Notes: a model not told the origin generated them from the letters alone. Positions 1 to 9,351 are shown, counted from the stretch's first letter. The stretch is DNA of 32,000 nt from Winslowiella arboricola (GCF_025527015.1 NZ_JAODIM010000043.1:1241862-1273861), one strand, 5' to 3'. Program-made: numbers and translations.

Positions 1-67
1 TGCTTGCAAAGCCACCCTCAATACCCGGTGCTGGATATTGGTTAATTACACTCTGAAAACCTGCCAT
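1..67 (-). CDS. 5' end (22 codons, MAGFQSVINQYPAPGIEGGFAS...) of the next late structural gene; continues off the window
   Basis: ATG at 67-65 sits 1 nt after the TAA stop of the upstream gene (69-71). The frame stays open to position 1. Confidence 0.5.
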   Translation of the reverse strand, partial: MAGFQSVINQYPAPGIEGGFAS

Positions 68-68
68 G

Positions 69-1265
69 TTAGAAACCTCGTTTCAGTTTGCCAGCGGTCG
101 GATAAGCTTTCTCGAAGTCGCTGACGGAAGCGGAATCCTGAGCAATAACAGGACGTGAATTTGCTTTCTGGCTGATAGCCATGCGAACCATTGCCGGATA
201 GGCTGAAGGGTGTACGCCTTTGATATCCACATCAGCCTGTTCAAGCGCGGTGCGATAAACATCATCAGCGGAATCCATAGCTACCAGATCGCCTACCAGT
301 GGCTTGACGTCCTGCTCGGCCTGACGAACGGCGCGGAAGTCTTTAGCGGCCTGCTTGCGGGCGCCGTCCTGAGCTAACCGAATAGCTGAGTCCATCGCGG
401 TTTTGGAGACTTTTTCGTCTTTCTTGTCATCCTCATCGTCTTCGTCATCAGCTGTTTTTTTCTTTTTGTCGTCGTCGCTGTCGTCATCTTCATCAGCGTC
501 GTCGGCGGTTTTCTTTTTCTTGTCATCGTCCTTGTCGTCGTCATCCTCGTCTTCGGCTGGCTTCTTGTCTTTCTCGTCTTCCTTGTCAGCTTCATCGAGT
601 GCCAGAAGCGCCTTGCGCACTTCAGCTTCCAAATCCGCGTCCTGCGCCAGTAACGGCTTCAGCGTGGCGCGAATAGCCGCAGCTTTGCGTTTGCTCATGT
701 GTTTTAACTCCGGGGGTAGTGAATCTGCGACCAATACGTCGCTTCCTGCGCGGCCTGTTTCTACCAGCGCTACGTGGTTCCCGACCATGTCCCGCATGAT
801 GCCGTCATAGACTTCACCATCCGGGGTAGTGCCGGGTGTCATGTCAGCGACGTATTGGTACGACGAAGACAGTTCTTCTTGCTCTTCAGTCTCAATCCCT
901 GCGATGGCTGAGTTATCCCAAATAGACAGCCCGTTTTGCAGGAACGGGTGTACAAACTCACAACCTGAATGAGTCGTGCCAACACGATATTGACGCGGCG
1001 GATCACCAGGGAAATCGGGGGTGTGAATACAGAGGAGCGGGATATTGTTGAATGTGGGTGCGGCTTTCTTCAGTTCATCAGGGTGGCGCCAGAGCCGGTA
1101 TATCTTGTCAGGATCTAACCCCAGCTTTTCATGATTTGGAATTTCTCGCCCATAGTACGGGCAGACGTTCGCCTTGCTAATGTTGCTGACCTTTACCTGA
1201 AGCCGACCGTTACCATCAAAACTGCGCACGGATGCGCGGTCAAACGCTAACCGTTCGATTGTCAT
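69..1265 (-). CDS. Putative prohead protease/scaffold protein: DUF2213-like N-terminal domain plus an acidic/lysine low-complexity linker
   Basis: 398-aa ORF immediately downstream of the portal and Mu-F-like genes. The N-terminal 180 aa resemble the DUF2213 phage family as remembered. The central D/E/K-rich stretch is typical of scaffolds. Confidence 0.55.
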   Translation of the reverse strand: MTIERLAFDRASVRSFDGNGRLQVKVSNISKANVCPYYGREIPNHEKLGLDPDKIYRLWRHPDELKKAAPTFNNIPLLCIHTPDFPGDPPRQYRVGTTHSGCEFVHPFLQNGLSIWDNSAIAGIETEEQEELSSSYQYVADMTPGTTPDGEVYDGIMRDMVGNHVALVETGRAGSDVLVADSLPPELKHMSKRKAAAIRATLKPLLAQDADLEAEVRKALLALDEADKEDEKDKKPAEDEDDDDKDDDKKKKTADDADEDDDSDDDKKKKTADDEDDEDDKKDEKVSKTAMDSAIRLAQDGARKQAAKDFRAVRQAEQDVKPLVGDLVAMDSADDVYRTALEQADVDIKGVHPSAYPAMVRMAISQKANSRPVIAQDSASVSDFEKAYPTAGKLKRGF

Positions 1266-1277
1266 GTTTGCTTCCGA

Positions 1278-2096
1278 TTAATTAAGTCCGGGTATCACTG
1301 GTGACCACGTACAACGGCAGTTAATCTCTTCACCAGGCATCACCCATTTATCATCCAGATACATCCCCTTACTCAGATCGAACACCTTTCCATCAGCCTT
1401 GACGTGTGATTTCCGAGGTTCTTTACCTGCGTGAGAGTGTCGCCATATGCCTTGTGTGATGCCTAATGACTGCTGTCTTGCGGCCTGCATTACTGATGTG
1501 GCCTTGTTGTTCTGGTCACGTGCAATCAGCGCGGCACGGCGGCGGGTGATGCCGTATCGCCTTTCTAATTCGTCCGTCAGCGCGCCAAGGTCACGACCAC
1601 GGGTAACCGACTGCATTACCAGAGTCTGCACCTGAGTAAAATACTGTTCAGGAATGCTACGGATCAGCCCGACGTTTTCGGCAATGGTCGCCTGTAGTGC
1701 GTTGTTCATCGGCGCGGTCATTTTGAACTCTACCGTGAATCCCGCTGTTTCAAGCGCGTTGTATAACGAAACATCTGAGTTTTTCAGCGCGTCACCTGCG
1801 AACCGAGCAGCCAGCTTATGCGCTATACCGTCAAAGGCTTTAGTCCAGCGCTTTGCCAGCTTACGCATAGCATCACGCATGAATATCGCCGGGGATGCGT
1901 CCATTGCCACCACCGCGCCGCTGGCTTTGTAGTTTGCAGCCAGCCAGTAAACAACTGACTTCTGCATCGCACTAACCTGATTATCAAGCTGCTTACGATA
2001 CCAGGCTTCGACGCCAGCATTAGGCCGCACTGGCCTTATCGTCTTCTGGCTCGGCTTCCTCTTCTTCGTCATAGTCATCTTCGATGTCGAGGTCAT
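1278..2096 (-). CDS. Head morphogenesis (minor head) protein, Mu gpF / SPP1 gp7 family
   Basis: The C-terminal region ...ITRRRAALIARDQNNKATS...WRHSHAGKEPRKSHVKADGKVF...EINCRCTWSPV matches the Phage_Mu_F signature. The start is uncertain (ATGs at 2096, 2078, 2072) and all overlap the portal 3' end. Confidence 0.8.
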   Translation of the reverse strand: MTSTSKMTMTKKRKPSQKTIRPVRPNAGVEAWYRKQLDNQVSAMQKSVVYWLAANYKASGAVVAMDASPAIFMRDAMRKLAKRWTKAFDGIAHKLAARFAGDALKNSDVSLYNALETAGFTVEFKMTAPMNNALQATIAENVGLIRSIPEQYFTQVQTLVMQSVTRGRDLGALTDELERRYGITRRRAALIARDQNNKATSVMQAARQQSLGITQGIWRHSHAGKEPRKSHVKADGKVFDLSKGMYLDDKWVMPGEEINCRCTWSPVIPGLN

Positions 2097-3546
2097 CGCT
2101 TAAGTCCAGTGAGTGATAAGGGCTGTCAGGGTCGTCGGCGATCTTCTCGCGAATCTCGTTATTCGACAAAGCGCCGGCAGTGACATACACCGCATCGGTA
2201 TCAGCATCGATTTTACGAATCTCTGCTTTCTCCTTCGCGCTCATCTCGTAGAGCGGCTCGAATTCGAAGTAGATATCCGGGTCGATAGCGCCAAATTCAG
2301 ATAGCTGAATGACGTCCAGAGCGCGCTTCAGGTTTAGCTTAAACATTGCCTGCTGCAGCGAATGGATGTAGTCGTAAAAGACTTTAATCTCGCCGTCTGA
2401 TGAAGCATTCAGGCCGTTCGGGGTGATGCCCAGCAGGAATACCAGTGGGATGCCTGCTACGGAAGCTGTCTGCTCCTGTGCCTGAGCCTGCAGAGAGTCC
2501 AGCGTACCAAGCGGGGCATTAACGAATTCCACTGTTTCTGGCTGCTGAGGGTTGTTATCTGCTGCGAATGCACCGCGATTATCACGGCACTGATTGAACA
2601 GCTGCAGTCGGGAGATTAATGTTTCAGCCCCACCGCCTTGCAGAATAGCCCCCATGTTGGTGCCAATTACAGGGACGCTGAATGAGTGGATCATGTCACT
2701 GACACTATCGCGCGTCCTGAGCCAGTTATTAACGTATGGCTCTGCAATCTGCGTAAGTGATAATCCACGAAAGTTGTATGACGCTTTCAGCAGGTCAGGA
2801 ACCTGCCGGGAAACGAAGTCAATCATGCGGCTGGCGTGCACCGTCTTGCCCATCACAAACCATTCGGTCGGCTTGTAGAAGTCAGGACTTAACGGGTTCT
2901 GAGCGTTATACACTCCCGGATATGTCCAGACAGGCTCAATCACCCGGAAACCTTTCAGGCTGCCTTTGGTGATTTTCTTGTTGCTGATGAAAAGCTTCGA
3001 CTGCAGCTCAGTGTCGTCAGTCCAAGCTGAAACGTTTTTCGACGTCTGCACATCGATGTAAATCTGACCGCCGCCAAAGTACCCGTCATGCTCCGCTGCT
3101 TCACGGAACTTGTCGCGCACCTCGTACCGCTCCAGCGCATCCATGATCTGCTTAACGCGGTCTGACTTATCGTCATCACCCACCGTTTTCAGCTTGATCC
3201 ACTTACTGGTCATTTTCTCTGCAATGATTCCGACCATCTTCCGGTATTCAGGCTTCTGAGCCATCATTGCCAGATAGGGGTAGCCGGGAAAGCTGTCGAG
3301 ATTTCCGTAGCCATATCCCATCGCGTAGGCATCATTCATGGCAGTGTAGTCGGTTGAGTCCATCGCAAGGATGGCTTTCTCAATCGCGGACGGAATGACG
3401 CCTTTCGGCGGCTCATAGCGCTGAAACTCCCTCGGCGGCTTTGGCAGAATAGCCGCCACCGCCTCCGCGCTAATCTTCATCTGAAGCTTTTCAGGCTGTT
3501 TCACCGGCTCAGGCGCGGCAACAGTTTTCTTTTTAAACGGCCACAC
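2020..3546 (-). CDS. Portal protein (DUF1073-type)
   Basis: 508-aa ORF directly downstream of the large terminase. It has an acidic C-terminal tail and its composition and size fit the DUF1073 portal family. Confidence 0.8.
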   Translation of the reverse strand: MWPFKKKTVAAPEPVKQPEKLQMKISAEAVAAILPKPPREFQRYEPPKGVIPSAIEKAILAMDSTDYTAMNDAYAMGYGYGNLDSFPGYPYLAMMAQKPEYRKMVGIIAEKMTSKWIKLKTVGDDDKSDRVKQIMDALERYEVRDKFREAAEHDGYFGGGQIYIDVQTSKNVSAWTDDTELQSKLFISNKKITKGSLKGFRVIEPVWTYPGVYNAQNPLSPDFYKPTEWFVMGKTVHASRMIDFVSRQVPDLLKASYNFRGLSLTQIAEPYVNNWLRTRDSVSDMIHSFSVPVIGTNMGAILQGGGAETLISRLQLFNQCRDNRGAFAADNNPQQPETVEFVNAPLGTLDSLQAQAQEQTASVAGIPLVFLLGITPNGLNASSDGEIKVFYDYIHSLQQAMFKLNLKRALDVIQLSEFGAIDPDIYFEFEPLYEMSAKEKAEIRKIDADTDAVYVTAGALSNNEIREKIADDPDSPYHSLDLSDDLDIEDDYDEEEEAEPEDDKASAA

Positions 3547-5223
3547 TTAAATTCTCCTGAGTTGGTTCGGGTCGATGACCATTGGCTGGCGACCGGAAAT
3601 AAGGTTGTCGTCAATGGCATCCATCCATGTGTCCAGAATGTCGTCATTGTCGTGGCTGTCATCAGCAGAGAATGCAGCACATTCGGTCATGGCAGTCAGC
3701 ACCCATGATGTTGTCCCGGCAATCGTTCCGTCCTCGTAATAGACGTGCATAATCGCCGCACCGTCATGATTGTGCGTGGCGGGTACGTATACTTTGCCGG
3801 TCTTAATCTGTGGGATAACGTTCAGGCAGCGAACCAGTTTGTTCTGGCCGGTGCCGCGAGGAATTTCTTTAACCGGGATGCTCATCTGGCCGGGTGTGGC
3901 GCTGCGTTTCTTTAGCGTGGTAATCAGACCTTGCCCGGCCTGTTTCTCTTCGATAGCCATATGACGCATTGGCATCATGCGAACAGAGCCAGCCATGCGC
4001 CAGCGTTCCCAAAGCTCTTCCGCTTTCTTCAGCAGGTCTTCAGGGTCCCAGCGGCCACGCACCACATCAATGATGTAGAGATTGCCATCAACACCCATAC
4101 CGACCAGGGTGAATACGGTGTAGTCGAGCCAGTCCTCTACCTTGCCGCTGTTGGTATCAACATAGACAGCGCGATACTGCAGTTTTGGCAGTGTGGTGTA
4201 GGTCTGGAACCAGTCCGTTTCGATAATGCCACCAGTGAGCGCCATCGGGTTTTGCTGGTATTGAGACAGGAAGGTATAGCGATCCTTTTCCCACAGCTGG
4301 ATGAGGTCGTTAACATCTTCCATCTGCGGCCAGTATGACCAGTAGCGTTCGCCGAGGTATTCGACTGATTCTGTATCTTTTACTGTTTCCCAGCACAATG
4401 AGCGCCATGGTTCAGCCAGTGATGCAATGTACTTTTCGGTAATGAGTGCCGGGATAGCTACATGGTGGAATTTAACCCCCATGCCACCAGACATCATGAA
4501 CCCTGTGGCGTCGTCAGTGTGCAGTCGCTGCTGGATGCTCACGAATGGCGTAGGATGCTCTTTCGACTTATCACCACGACGTGATCGGATGGTGTTAACC
4601 AGCAGCGTGTTGGCGCTATTGCGGCGCGACTCACTGAGCATATCGACAGGCTTGTTGTAGTCATCCAGCATCACAACGCCGGAGAACAGCTCGCCGTAAT
4701 AGCCACCACGACCACCCGTAATCTGTCCGTTGCTTGAGCGGGATATCGTCTGGCCGGTTGAGCGGGCTTTGGTGTCGATTATTTCCCACTCTTCCGCCTG
4801 GTTGACGCCGAAGCCGCACGGCCACAGCTCCTGATACTCTTTGCTGGCGATGATGTCGCGGGTGCGGCGAGAGTTACGCTTAACCAGCGTGTCAGCAAAC
4901 GAGATATTAAGGTTGCGGAAGCGTTTCAATCTTCCTTCCTGCACCAGCGCGTTAACATAGGCCGGGAAGTGGATGGAGAAGAATTCTGTTTTGGTGCCGC
5001 CTGGCGGGATGTTGATAATCAGGTTGCGGGGATTAAGGCGACCGGCTATCAAATCATCAATTTTGGATGCCATCAGGCGGTGATGCCAGTTAACCAGCAG
5101 ACGATCACCCTGTACCAGCTCGAACCATAACCGCGTGAAGTTGAGAAACGATTTCGTGGACTTTGACTTAAGAGCAACACGCTCAGGGAAGGTTAAATCC
5201 TCCCACTCGATGACTTTGCTCAT
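3547..5223 (-). CDS. Terminase large subunit
   Basis: 558 aa with a Walker-A-like IPPGGTKT and a C-terminal nuclease-like region. It follows the small terminase with a 1-nt gap. Confidence 0.9.
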   Translation of the reverse strand: MSKVIEWEDLTFPERVALKSKSTKSFLNFTRLWFELVQGDRLLVNWHHRLMASKIDDLIAGRLNPRNLIINIPPGGTKTEFFSIHFPAYVNALVQEGRLKRFRNLNISFADTLVKRNSRRTRDIIASKEYQELWPCGFGVNQAEEWEIIDTKARSTGQTISRSSNGQITGGRGGYYGELFSGVVMLDDYNKPVDMLSESRRNSANTLLVNTIRSRRGDKSKEHPTPFVSIQQRLHTDDATGFMMSGGMGVKFHHVAIPALITEKYIASLAEPWRSLCWETVKDTESVEYLGERYWSYWPQMEDVNDLIQLWEKDRYTFLSQYQQNPMALTGGIIETDWFQTYTTLPKLQYRAVYVDTNSGKVEDWLDYTVFTLVGMGVDGNLYIIDVVRGRWDPEDLLKKAEELWERWRMAGSVRMMPMRHMAIEEKQAGQGLITTLKKRSATPGQMSIPVKEIPRGTGQNKLVRCLNVIPQIKTGKVYVPATHNHDGAAIMHVYYEDGTIAGTTSWVLTAMTECAAFSADDSHDNDDILDTWMDAIDDNLISGRQPMVIDPNQLRRI

Positions 5224-5224
5224 A

Positions 5225-5806
5225 TCAGTCCAACCCGTCTAGTTTCTCCTCCAGCTGCTGTTGTGCTGCTGCGTAATCTGCCGGGGTATAGTTCACCACC
5301 TGAATAGGCAGTCCATCCTTACCAACATGTTCAGCTTTCACATTCTCTTTGAATGCCTGCACCGTGACGTGCTTGCCGAGCAGTTCAAGGTTCTTCACCT
5401 TGTCCGGCCATTTGATCTTCTTCAGGATGCCGACCATCTCACGGTCTTCACCGCGCCCTTCGAACATGTCAGCCAGATCGAAGCCGCTCAGGTATCGCCG
5501 CCATGATGCAGGCCATTCAGATACAGGCTTGATGCTCATGTCGTCGGTCATGATGTCGAGAACGTCCATCTGGTCAATCTCGACCAGGCGTCGAAGCACA
5601 TAGGCAGCATCAATTCCCACCTCTTCGTTGCGATCACCCTTCAACTGGACGATACGCTCAACGATGTCAGGTTTTGTTAGGTTCTCGCAACCTGTTGCGC
5701 GGGCTGTCTTCTCGCTGTAGCCCGCCCTGATAGCTGCCTGTGTGGCGTTTAAATCCTTCAGGTACTCACGGGCAAACAGCTCTTGCTTGTCGGTGAGCTT
5801 TGCCAT
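5225..5806 (-). CDS. Terminase small subunit (Terminase_2-like)
   Basis: MAKLTDKQELFAREYLKDLNATQAAIRAGYSEKTARATG is the classic small-terminase HTH. The start was moved to ATG 5806, which sits directly after the stop of the upstream ORF (5808). Confidence 0.85.
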   Translation of the reverse strand: MAKLTDKQELFAREYLKDLNATQAAIRAGYSEKTARATGCENLTKPDIVERIVQLKGDRNEEVGIDAAYVLRRLVEIDQMDVLDIMTDDMSIKPVSEWPASWRRYLSGFDLADMFEGRGEDREMVGILKKIKWPDKVKNLELLGKHVTVQAFKENVKAEHVGKDGLPIQVVNYTPADYAAAQQQLEEKLDGLD

Positions 5807-5807
5807 C

Positions 5808-5999
5808 TTATTTCTCGTAAACTGGTTTGACGTGGTAGCCAACAAGGTTGGCGGTGAAGTAAACAGCATCTGAACCATCATCTTCACTGATGATCAGCAG
5901 ACCATCACTCATCGTCGGGTTTTTCTTTGTCTTGTGATTCCAGGTGGACTCTTCAGAGTTAACAGTGATGTCATAGCTTTTAATCACGCTCTCACCCAT
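5808..5999 (-). CDS. Hypothetical small phage protein (63 aa)
   Basis: Tightly packed between neighbouring genes, touching the upstream stop and lying next to the terS start. Confidence 0.6.
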   Translation of the reverse strand: MGESVIKSYDITVNSEESTWNHKTKKNPTMSDGLLIISEDDGSDAVYFTANLVGYHVKPVYEK

Positions 6000-6220
6000 T
6001 ACATCATCCCCGCAGTTGTTAGCTTGGTGATCAGTGCGTTCAGATCAGTGACGACGCCCGCAACATCTGTCGCAGTTGATGCTGCCTGAGTGGTCATCTT
6101 TTTGACGCCGCCAATTGTTGCGGTAGTGGCCGCTGGCAATGTGTAGCCACCCTCTTCAATATCTTCAGGTGTTGCAACTGTGACGGGGTAGCCGCCGACT
6201 GACATGCATTTAGTGGTCAT
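5999..6220 (-). CDS. Hypothetical small phage protein (73 aa, T/A/G-rich)
   Basis: ORF with an AGGAAA SD-like motif 8 nt upstream. It is the first gene after the moron-island terminator. Confidence 0.55.
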   Translation of the reverse strand: MTTKCMSVGGYPVTVATPEDIEEGGYTLPAATTATIGGVKKMTTQAASTATDVAGVVTDLNALITKLTTAGMM

Positions 6221-6332
6221 TTAGCATTTCCTGCTGGTTGGATAGATATAACCCTCGGCGATGCTGATACCAGCAACCGATGATTCAGTGTGTTTATGCT
6301 GAAAAGTGAACTCAGTGAATGCAGTATTCAGA

Positions 6333-6362
6333 ACAAAATAAAAAAACCGCCCAGAGGCGGTT
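6333..6362 (-). terminator. Rho-independent terminator of the 80-aa moron gene
   Basis: On the - strand: AACCGCC-tctg-GGCGGTT followed by TTTTTTTTATTTTG. Confidence 0.75.
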
Positions 6363-6603
6363 AATGTGTTGAGTCACGATCTGAATAATTAGGCTCTTTA
6401 AGCTCAGCGTGTAAAAAACCCAAAATGGTTGAAGCAGATATCTTATTGAGAGGCTCCTGCAGGAAAGCTGAACCACTTTTTAATTCTGACTCCCATACAA
6501 ACCGCAAACCCAATTCCCATATTTCAACTTTCAAATGGCCTTCTGGAAATTTCTCTCGTGCTATCTCATAAACTTCGTTGATGCCGATTGATTCACCTGA
6601 CAT
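6361..6603 (-). CDS. Hypothetical 80-aa protein (moron), divergent from the GGDEF gene
   Basis: Strong SD (AGGAGG, 4 nt before the ATG), its own terminator, lower GC than the flanking phage genes. No family recognised. Confidence 0.7.
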   Translation of the reverse strand: MSGESIGINEVYEIAREKFPEGHLKVEIWELGLRFVWESELKSGSAFLQEPLNKISASTILGFLHAELKEPNYSDRDSTH

Positions 6604-6896
6604 ATGACCTCCTGTTTAGAGAGGTATCAACATATCATCATCAGGCGCACTCGCAAATGCGCCTTGCGACGGTCACTAAAGAGCGTAAGGGGTTTTCACT
6701 CCAATAAAACCTCCTGCGGACTACTCTTATCAGGAGCATCCTTAAGAATAAAACCAGTCTTCCGACAGCCCCATTATCTTTCCACAAGTGAGTGAGATGC
6801 CAATCCCAAACCACCTAAAAGCCTCCACGATTGTGTAGATTTTTTGTTCAGTACTGGCGTACATTAGGTGTAATGTTCTGTTACAGAGAGCCTGAT

Positions 6897-7817
6897 ATGA
6901 CTTATTCCAAGCCAAGTATTGCCCCAATACTTCCTGTGTGTAGCGCAGAAAAAATAGACTTACTTACTGATATGCTTAACGTAAGTGTGGACTGCATCAA
7001 AGTTATCAATACGAATGGCTGCCTGATTTTCATGAACAGATCAGGATGTGAAGCCCTGGGTGTTAGCGTTGAAGAAAAGGAATTCGGTATGGCATGGTTG
7101 AAACTGCTACCAGACTCTGTTCACCGCAAGGGAAGAATTGCCTTAAAAAAAGCAGTTAATGGAGAATGCTCAGGCTTCAGGGGAATAAGCGTTCTTTCTG
7201 ATGGCTCAGTCACCCACTGGGACAATATGCTCACGCCAGTTTTGGACAATGCTGGCAAAACGACCAGCATTCTTTGTATCTCAAGGAATATCACGTTACA
7301 AGTACAGGCCGAAGAAAAACTAAAGGTCAGCAGCGAAACCGACCCGCTTACAGGCTTGCCAAACCGGAGAATGTTCAAAAAACATTTGAAGTCGACACTC
7401 GCTAAAGCTAAACGTCGTACCGAAAATGTAGGCGTTTTGTTCATTGACCTGGACAACTTTAAGGGCATAAACGATACCCTGGGCCATGCTGCCGGAGACC
7501 GTGCCCTTATACAATTCACTGCTGATTTAAAAAAAATCAGTCCAGACCACGCTTTCATATCGAGACTGGGAGGCGATGAATTTGCTGTTGTGATGGATAG
7601 TGCAGATCCGAACGTTCTGACCAGCTATGCCAACTATATCCTTTCTGAAGTCAGGCGAAAAATCAGATTCAGTCGTTCAGAAGCAGACTTTGGGCTGACT
7701 ATTGGTGCAGCTGTTTATCCTGTGCACGGTGGTACGGCAGATGAACTAATGAAATGTGCTGATACAGCCATGTATCAGCAAAAATCAAACGGTAAAAACG
7801 GTTTCATGATGTTTTGA
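6897..7817 (+). CDS. PAS-GGDEF diguanylate cyclase (306 aa)
   Basis: Intact active-site motif RLGGDEFAVV preceded by LTGLPNRR and DLDNFKGINDTLGHAAGD. The N-terminal ~120 aa are PAS-like. The start was set at ATG 6897 (GAGAG SD) rather than the track start at 6831. It lies on the + strand inside an otherwise - strand late region. Confidence 0.85.
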   Translation: MTYSKPSIAPILPVCSAEKIDLLTDMLNVSVDCIKVINTNGCLIFMNRSGCEALGVSVEEKEFGMAWLKLLPDSVHRKGRIALKKAVNGECSGFRGISVLSDGSVTHWDNMLTPVLDNAGKTTSILCISRNITLQVQAEEKLKVSSETDPLTGLPNRRMFKKHLKSTLAKAKRRTENVGVLFIDLDNFKGINDTLGHAAGDRALIQFTADLKKISPDHAFISRLGGDEFAVVMDSADPNVLTSYANYILSEVRRKIRFSRSEADFGLTIGAAVYPVHGGTADELMKCADTAMYQQKSNGKNGFMMF

Positions 7818-7869
7818 GTAGAAAAAAGTTATCAATTGTTTGATAAAATACACATGCATGGCTCAATCA

Positions 7870-8157
7870 TTAGCGCGATGCCTCAATCTTACTTATACCT
7901 GCACGATCTATATTGCACTGCCACAGCAGGCCGAATAACTCTGCATTAAGGGACACGCTGTCGCCAAATGTCAGTGGGTCAGGTACTTCTGGAACGTTAA
8001 TCTGGCTTGTCAGCTCTGCCGGTAGCTTCAACTGAGGTTGCTTTATTGTCCGATATTCCACCTGCGGCTTTTGCTGCGGCGCGCAACCTGTCAGCAGCAT
8101 CAGCGGGAACAGGAGCAGTAGCGCATTTATCAGCCTCGAGGTAACGCTTGATTTCAT
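7870..8157 (-). CDS. Rz1: o-spanin (Rz1-like outer-membrane lipoprotein)
   Basis: Signal peptide with lipobox LLTGC. It starts inside the Rz frame and extends 127 nt past the Rz stop, which is the overlapped spanin architecture. Confidence 0.8.
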   Translation of the reverse strand: MKSSVTSRLINALLLLFPLMLLTGCAPQQKPQVEYRTIKQPQLKLPAELTSQINVPEVPDPLTFGDSVSLNAELFGLLWQCNIDRAGISKIEASR

Positions 8158-8443
8158 TCTGGAGCTTCCTGTTTTGCTGCGCGGTAACTACCCGCTGGTC
8201 TGTTACCTGCGACATCACATCGTTCTGCTGTCGGACAGCGCTCACCAAACCAGTTACGCTGGCGGCCAACCCGTCGTTTTTAGAACGCAGATCGTTAATC
8301 TGGTCGTCTTTGCTGTTAGCCAGCTTTTCGAGGCGATCATTTGTGGCAGTAAGTTGTGAGTTGCGGGCGTTAAGCCCCCACAGTGCTACGCAGATGAGGC
8401 CAATAACGATGATGTGAGAATAGTTTTTGATGAATGGGATCAT
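7997..8443 (-). CDS. Rz: i-spanin (Rz-like)
   Basis: N-terminal TM helix (IIVIGLICVALWGL) followed by a coiled-coil periplasmic domain. ATGA overlap with the endolysin stop. Confidence 0.8.
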   Translation of the reverse strand: MIPFIKNYSHIIVIGLICVALWGLNARNSQLTATNDRLEKLANSKDDQINDLRSKNDGLAASVTGLVSAVRQQNDVMSQVTDQRVVTAQQNRKLQNEIKRYLEADKCATAPVPADAADRLRAAAKAAGGISDNKATSVEATGRADKPD

Positions 8444-8877
8444 TTCAGAAATAGCTCCCTTTCTCGCTTACGACGCGGCAGGAGGATATCCGGGGCATTT
8501 CCGGCTCGCTTCCACATCAGGATTGCTTCTGCTGCACCGGTATAATCACTTTTGTTAATGCGATTAAGGACAGTTGAATTAGCGAACGCCGTTGCACCAA
8601 TGTTGAAAACCAGACTGCAAAGAGCGTCATACTGGTTCTGCGTAAGGTTGGCTGTGACATTTGAATTCACTGATCGCTCAACCCAGGCAAGGTCCGAAAG
8701 GAGAAGCTCAGTAGATTTGTTCTGGCTGATGACCATGCCACGTATTACTGGCTTACCGTCCACCGTGCCGGTATGACCGACACCAACGGTTGGAATCCCC
8801 CGAGTATCCAGATAACCAGTTAGCCTTTCACCCTCTTCTAGCTTGATGAAAACCACACCATTATTGCTAAGTTTCAT
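8440..8877 (-). CDS. Endolysin, GH24 (T4/P22 lysozyme-like muramidase)
   Basis: The E-x8-D-x5-T catalytic pattern is present in IKLEEGERLTGYLDTRGIPTVGVGHT. The gene lies between the holin and the spanins. Confidence 0.9.
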   Translation of the reverse strand: MKLSNNGVVFIKLEEGERLTGYLDTRGIPTVGVGHTGTVDGKPVIRGMVISQNKSTELLLSDLAWVERSVNSNVTANLTQNQYDALCSLVFNIGATAFANSTVLNRINKSDYTGAAEAILMWKRAGNAPDILLPRRKRERELFLK

Positions 8878-9223
8878 CGGTACCTCCGAATTTACGATCA
8901 GTTAATTTCCTGAAACGGAATGAGATGTAGTCGATACCGATGAATCCAATAAGAATGGCGGCCACCCATGCGAAGTCGTCACCAATCTGCCATCCGAAGA
9001 TAGACATAATCAGCTGCAGGGTTGGTTTTACGAAGAAGGCAAAGATGCTGCACATAGCAGCATCCATAAGGCGGCGCGGCCACGTGTCTTTTCCAAAATA
9101 TGATGCTCTCAGCAGAGCCATTGCCCCAGCCAGTGCGGCATAACCTGATTCATTTTTATGGGCATAAAGCCAGGCTATCAGGCTTGCCCAGAAGCCCGGA
9201 TCTTTATCTGGCATGCGTTTCAT
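8867..9223 (-). CDS. Class I holin, lambda S-like, with dual-start motif MKRM
   Basis: Similar to lambda S (MK.MP.K...AMA.LR..Y.G......DA.MC.I.A.F). The start was set at ATG 9223 (GGGGGTGG SD) and a second ATG lies at 9214. Confidence 0.85.
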   Translation of the reverse strand: MKRMPDKDPGFWASLIAWLYAHKNESGYAALAGAMALLRASYFGKDTWPRRLMDAAMCSIFAFFVKPTLQLIMSIFGWQIGDDFAWVAAILIGFIGIDYISFRFRKLTDRKFGGTDET

Positions 9224-9351
9224 TTCCACCCCCGTATGCGGGGACTTATCCAATTTAGGAATTGGTTACATTGTGAACTGGACAAGTCCGGGTAAACTCT
9301 TTCTTGACGAGAGAAAAGCACCGCCCTGCCGTGAGGTAGCCAACCGAATAG

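Noticed and set aside
374-810. Track ORFs 403..810 (+, poly-Ser/Phe/Leu) and 374..595 (-, T/K/R-rich)
   Set aside because: Both are alternate-frame or antisense readings of the acidic low-complexity repeat in the 398-aa scaffold-like gene. They have extreme composition and no SD.
2113-5603. Numerous + strand ORFs of 60-135 aa opposite the portal and terminase genes
   Set aside because: All overlap long, well-supported - strand structural genes and lack independent signals.
6604-6927. Track ORFs 6604..6795 (+) and 6742..6927 (-) in the moron intergenic region
   Set aside because: Neither has an SD, they overlap each other and the hairpin-rich promoter region, and they have unusual composition. 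The region is treated as regulatory DNA.
7829-7846. AT-rich hairpin TTATCAA-ttgt-TTGATAA after the GGDEF stop, as a possible terminator
   Set aside because: The stem is all A/T apart from one pair and no real U-tract follows. This is too weak to call, so termination of the GGDEF transcript remains undefined.
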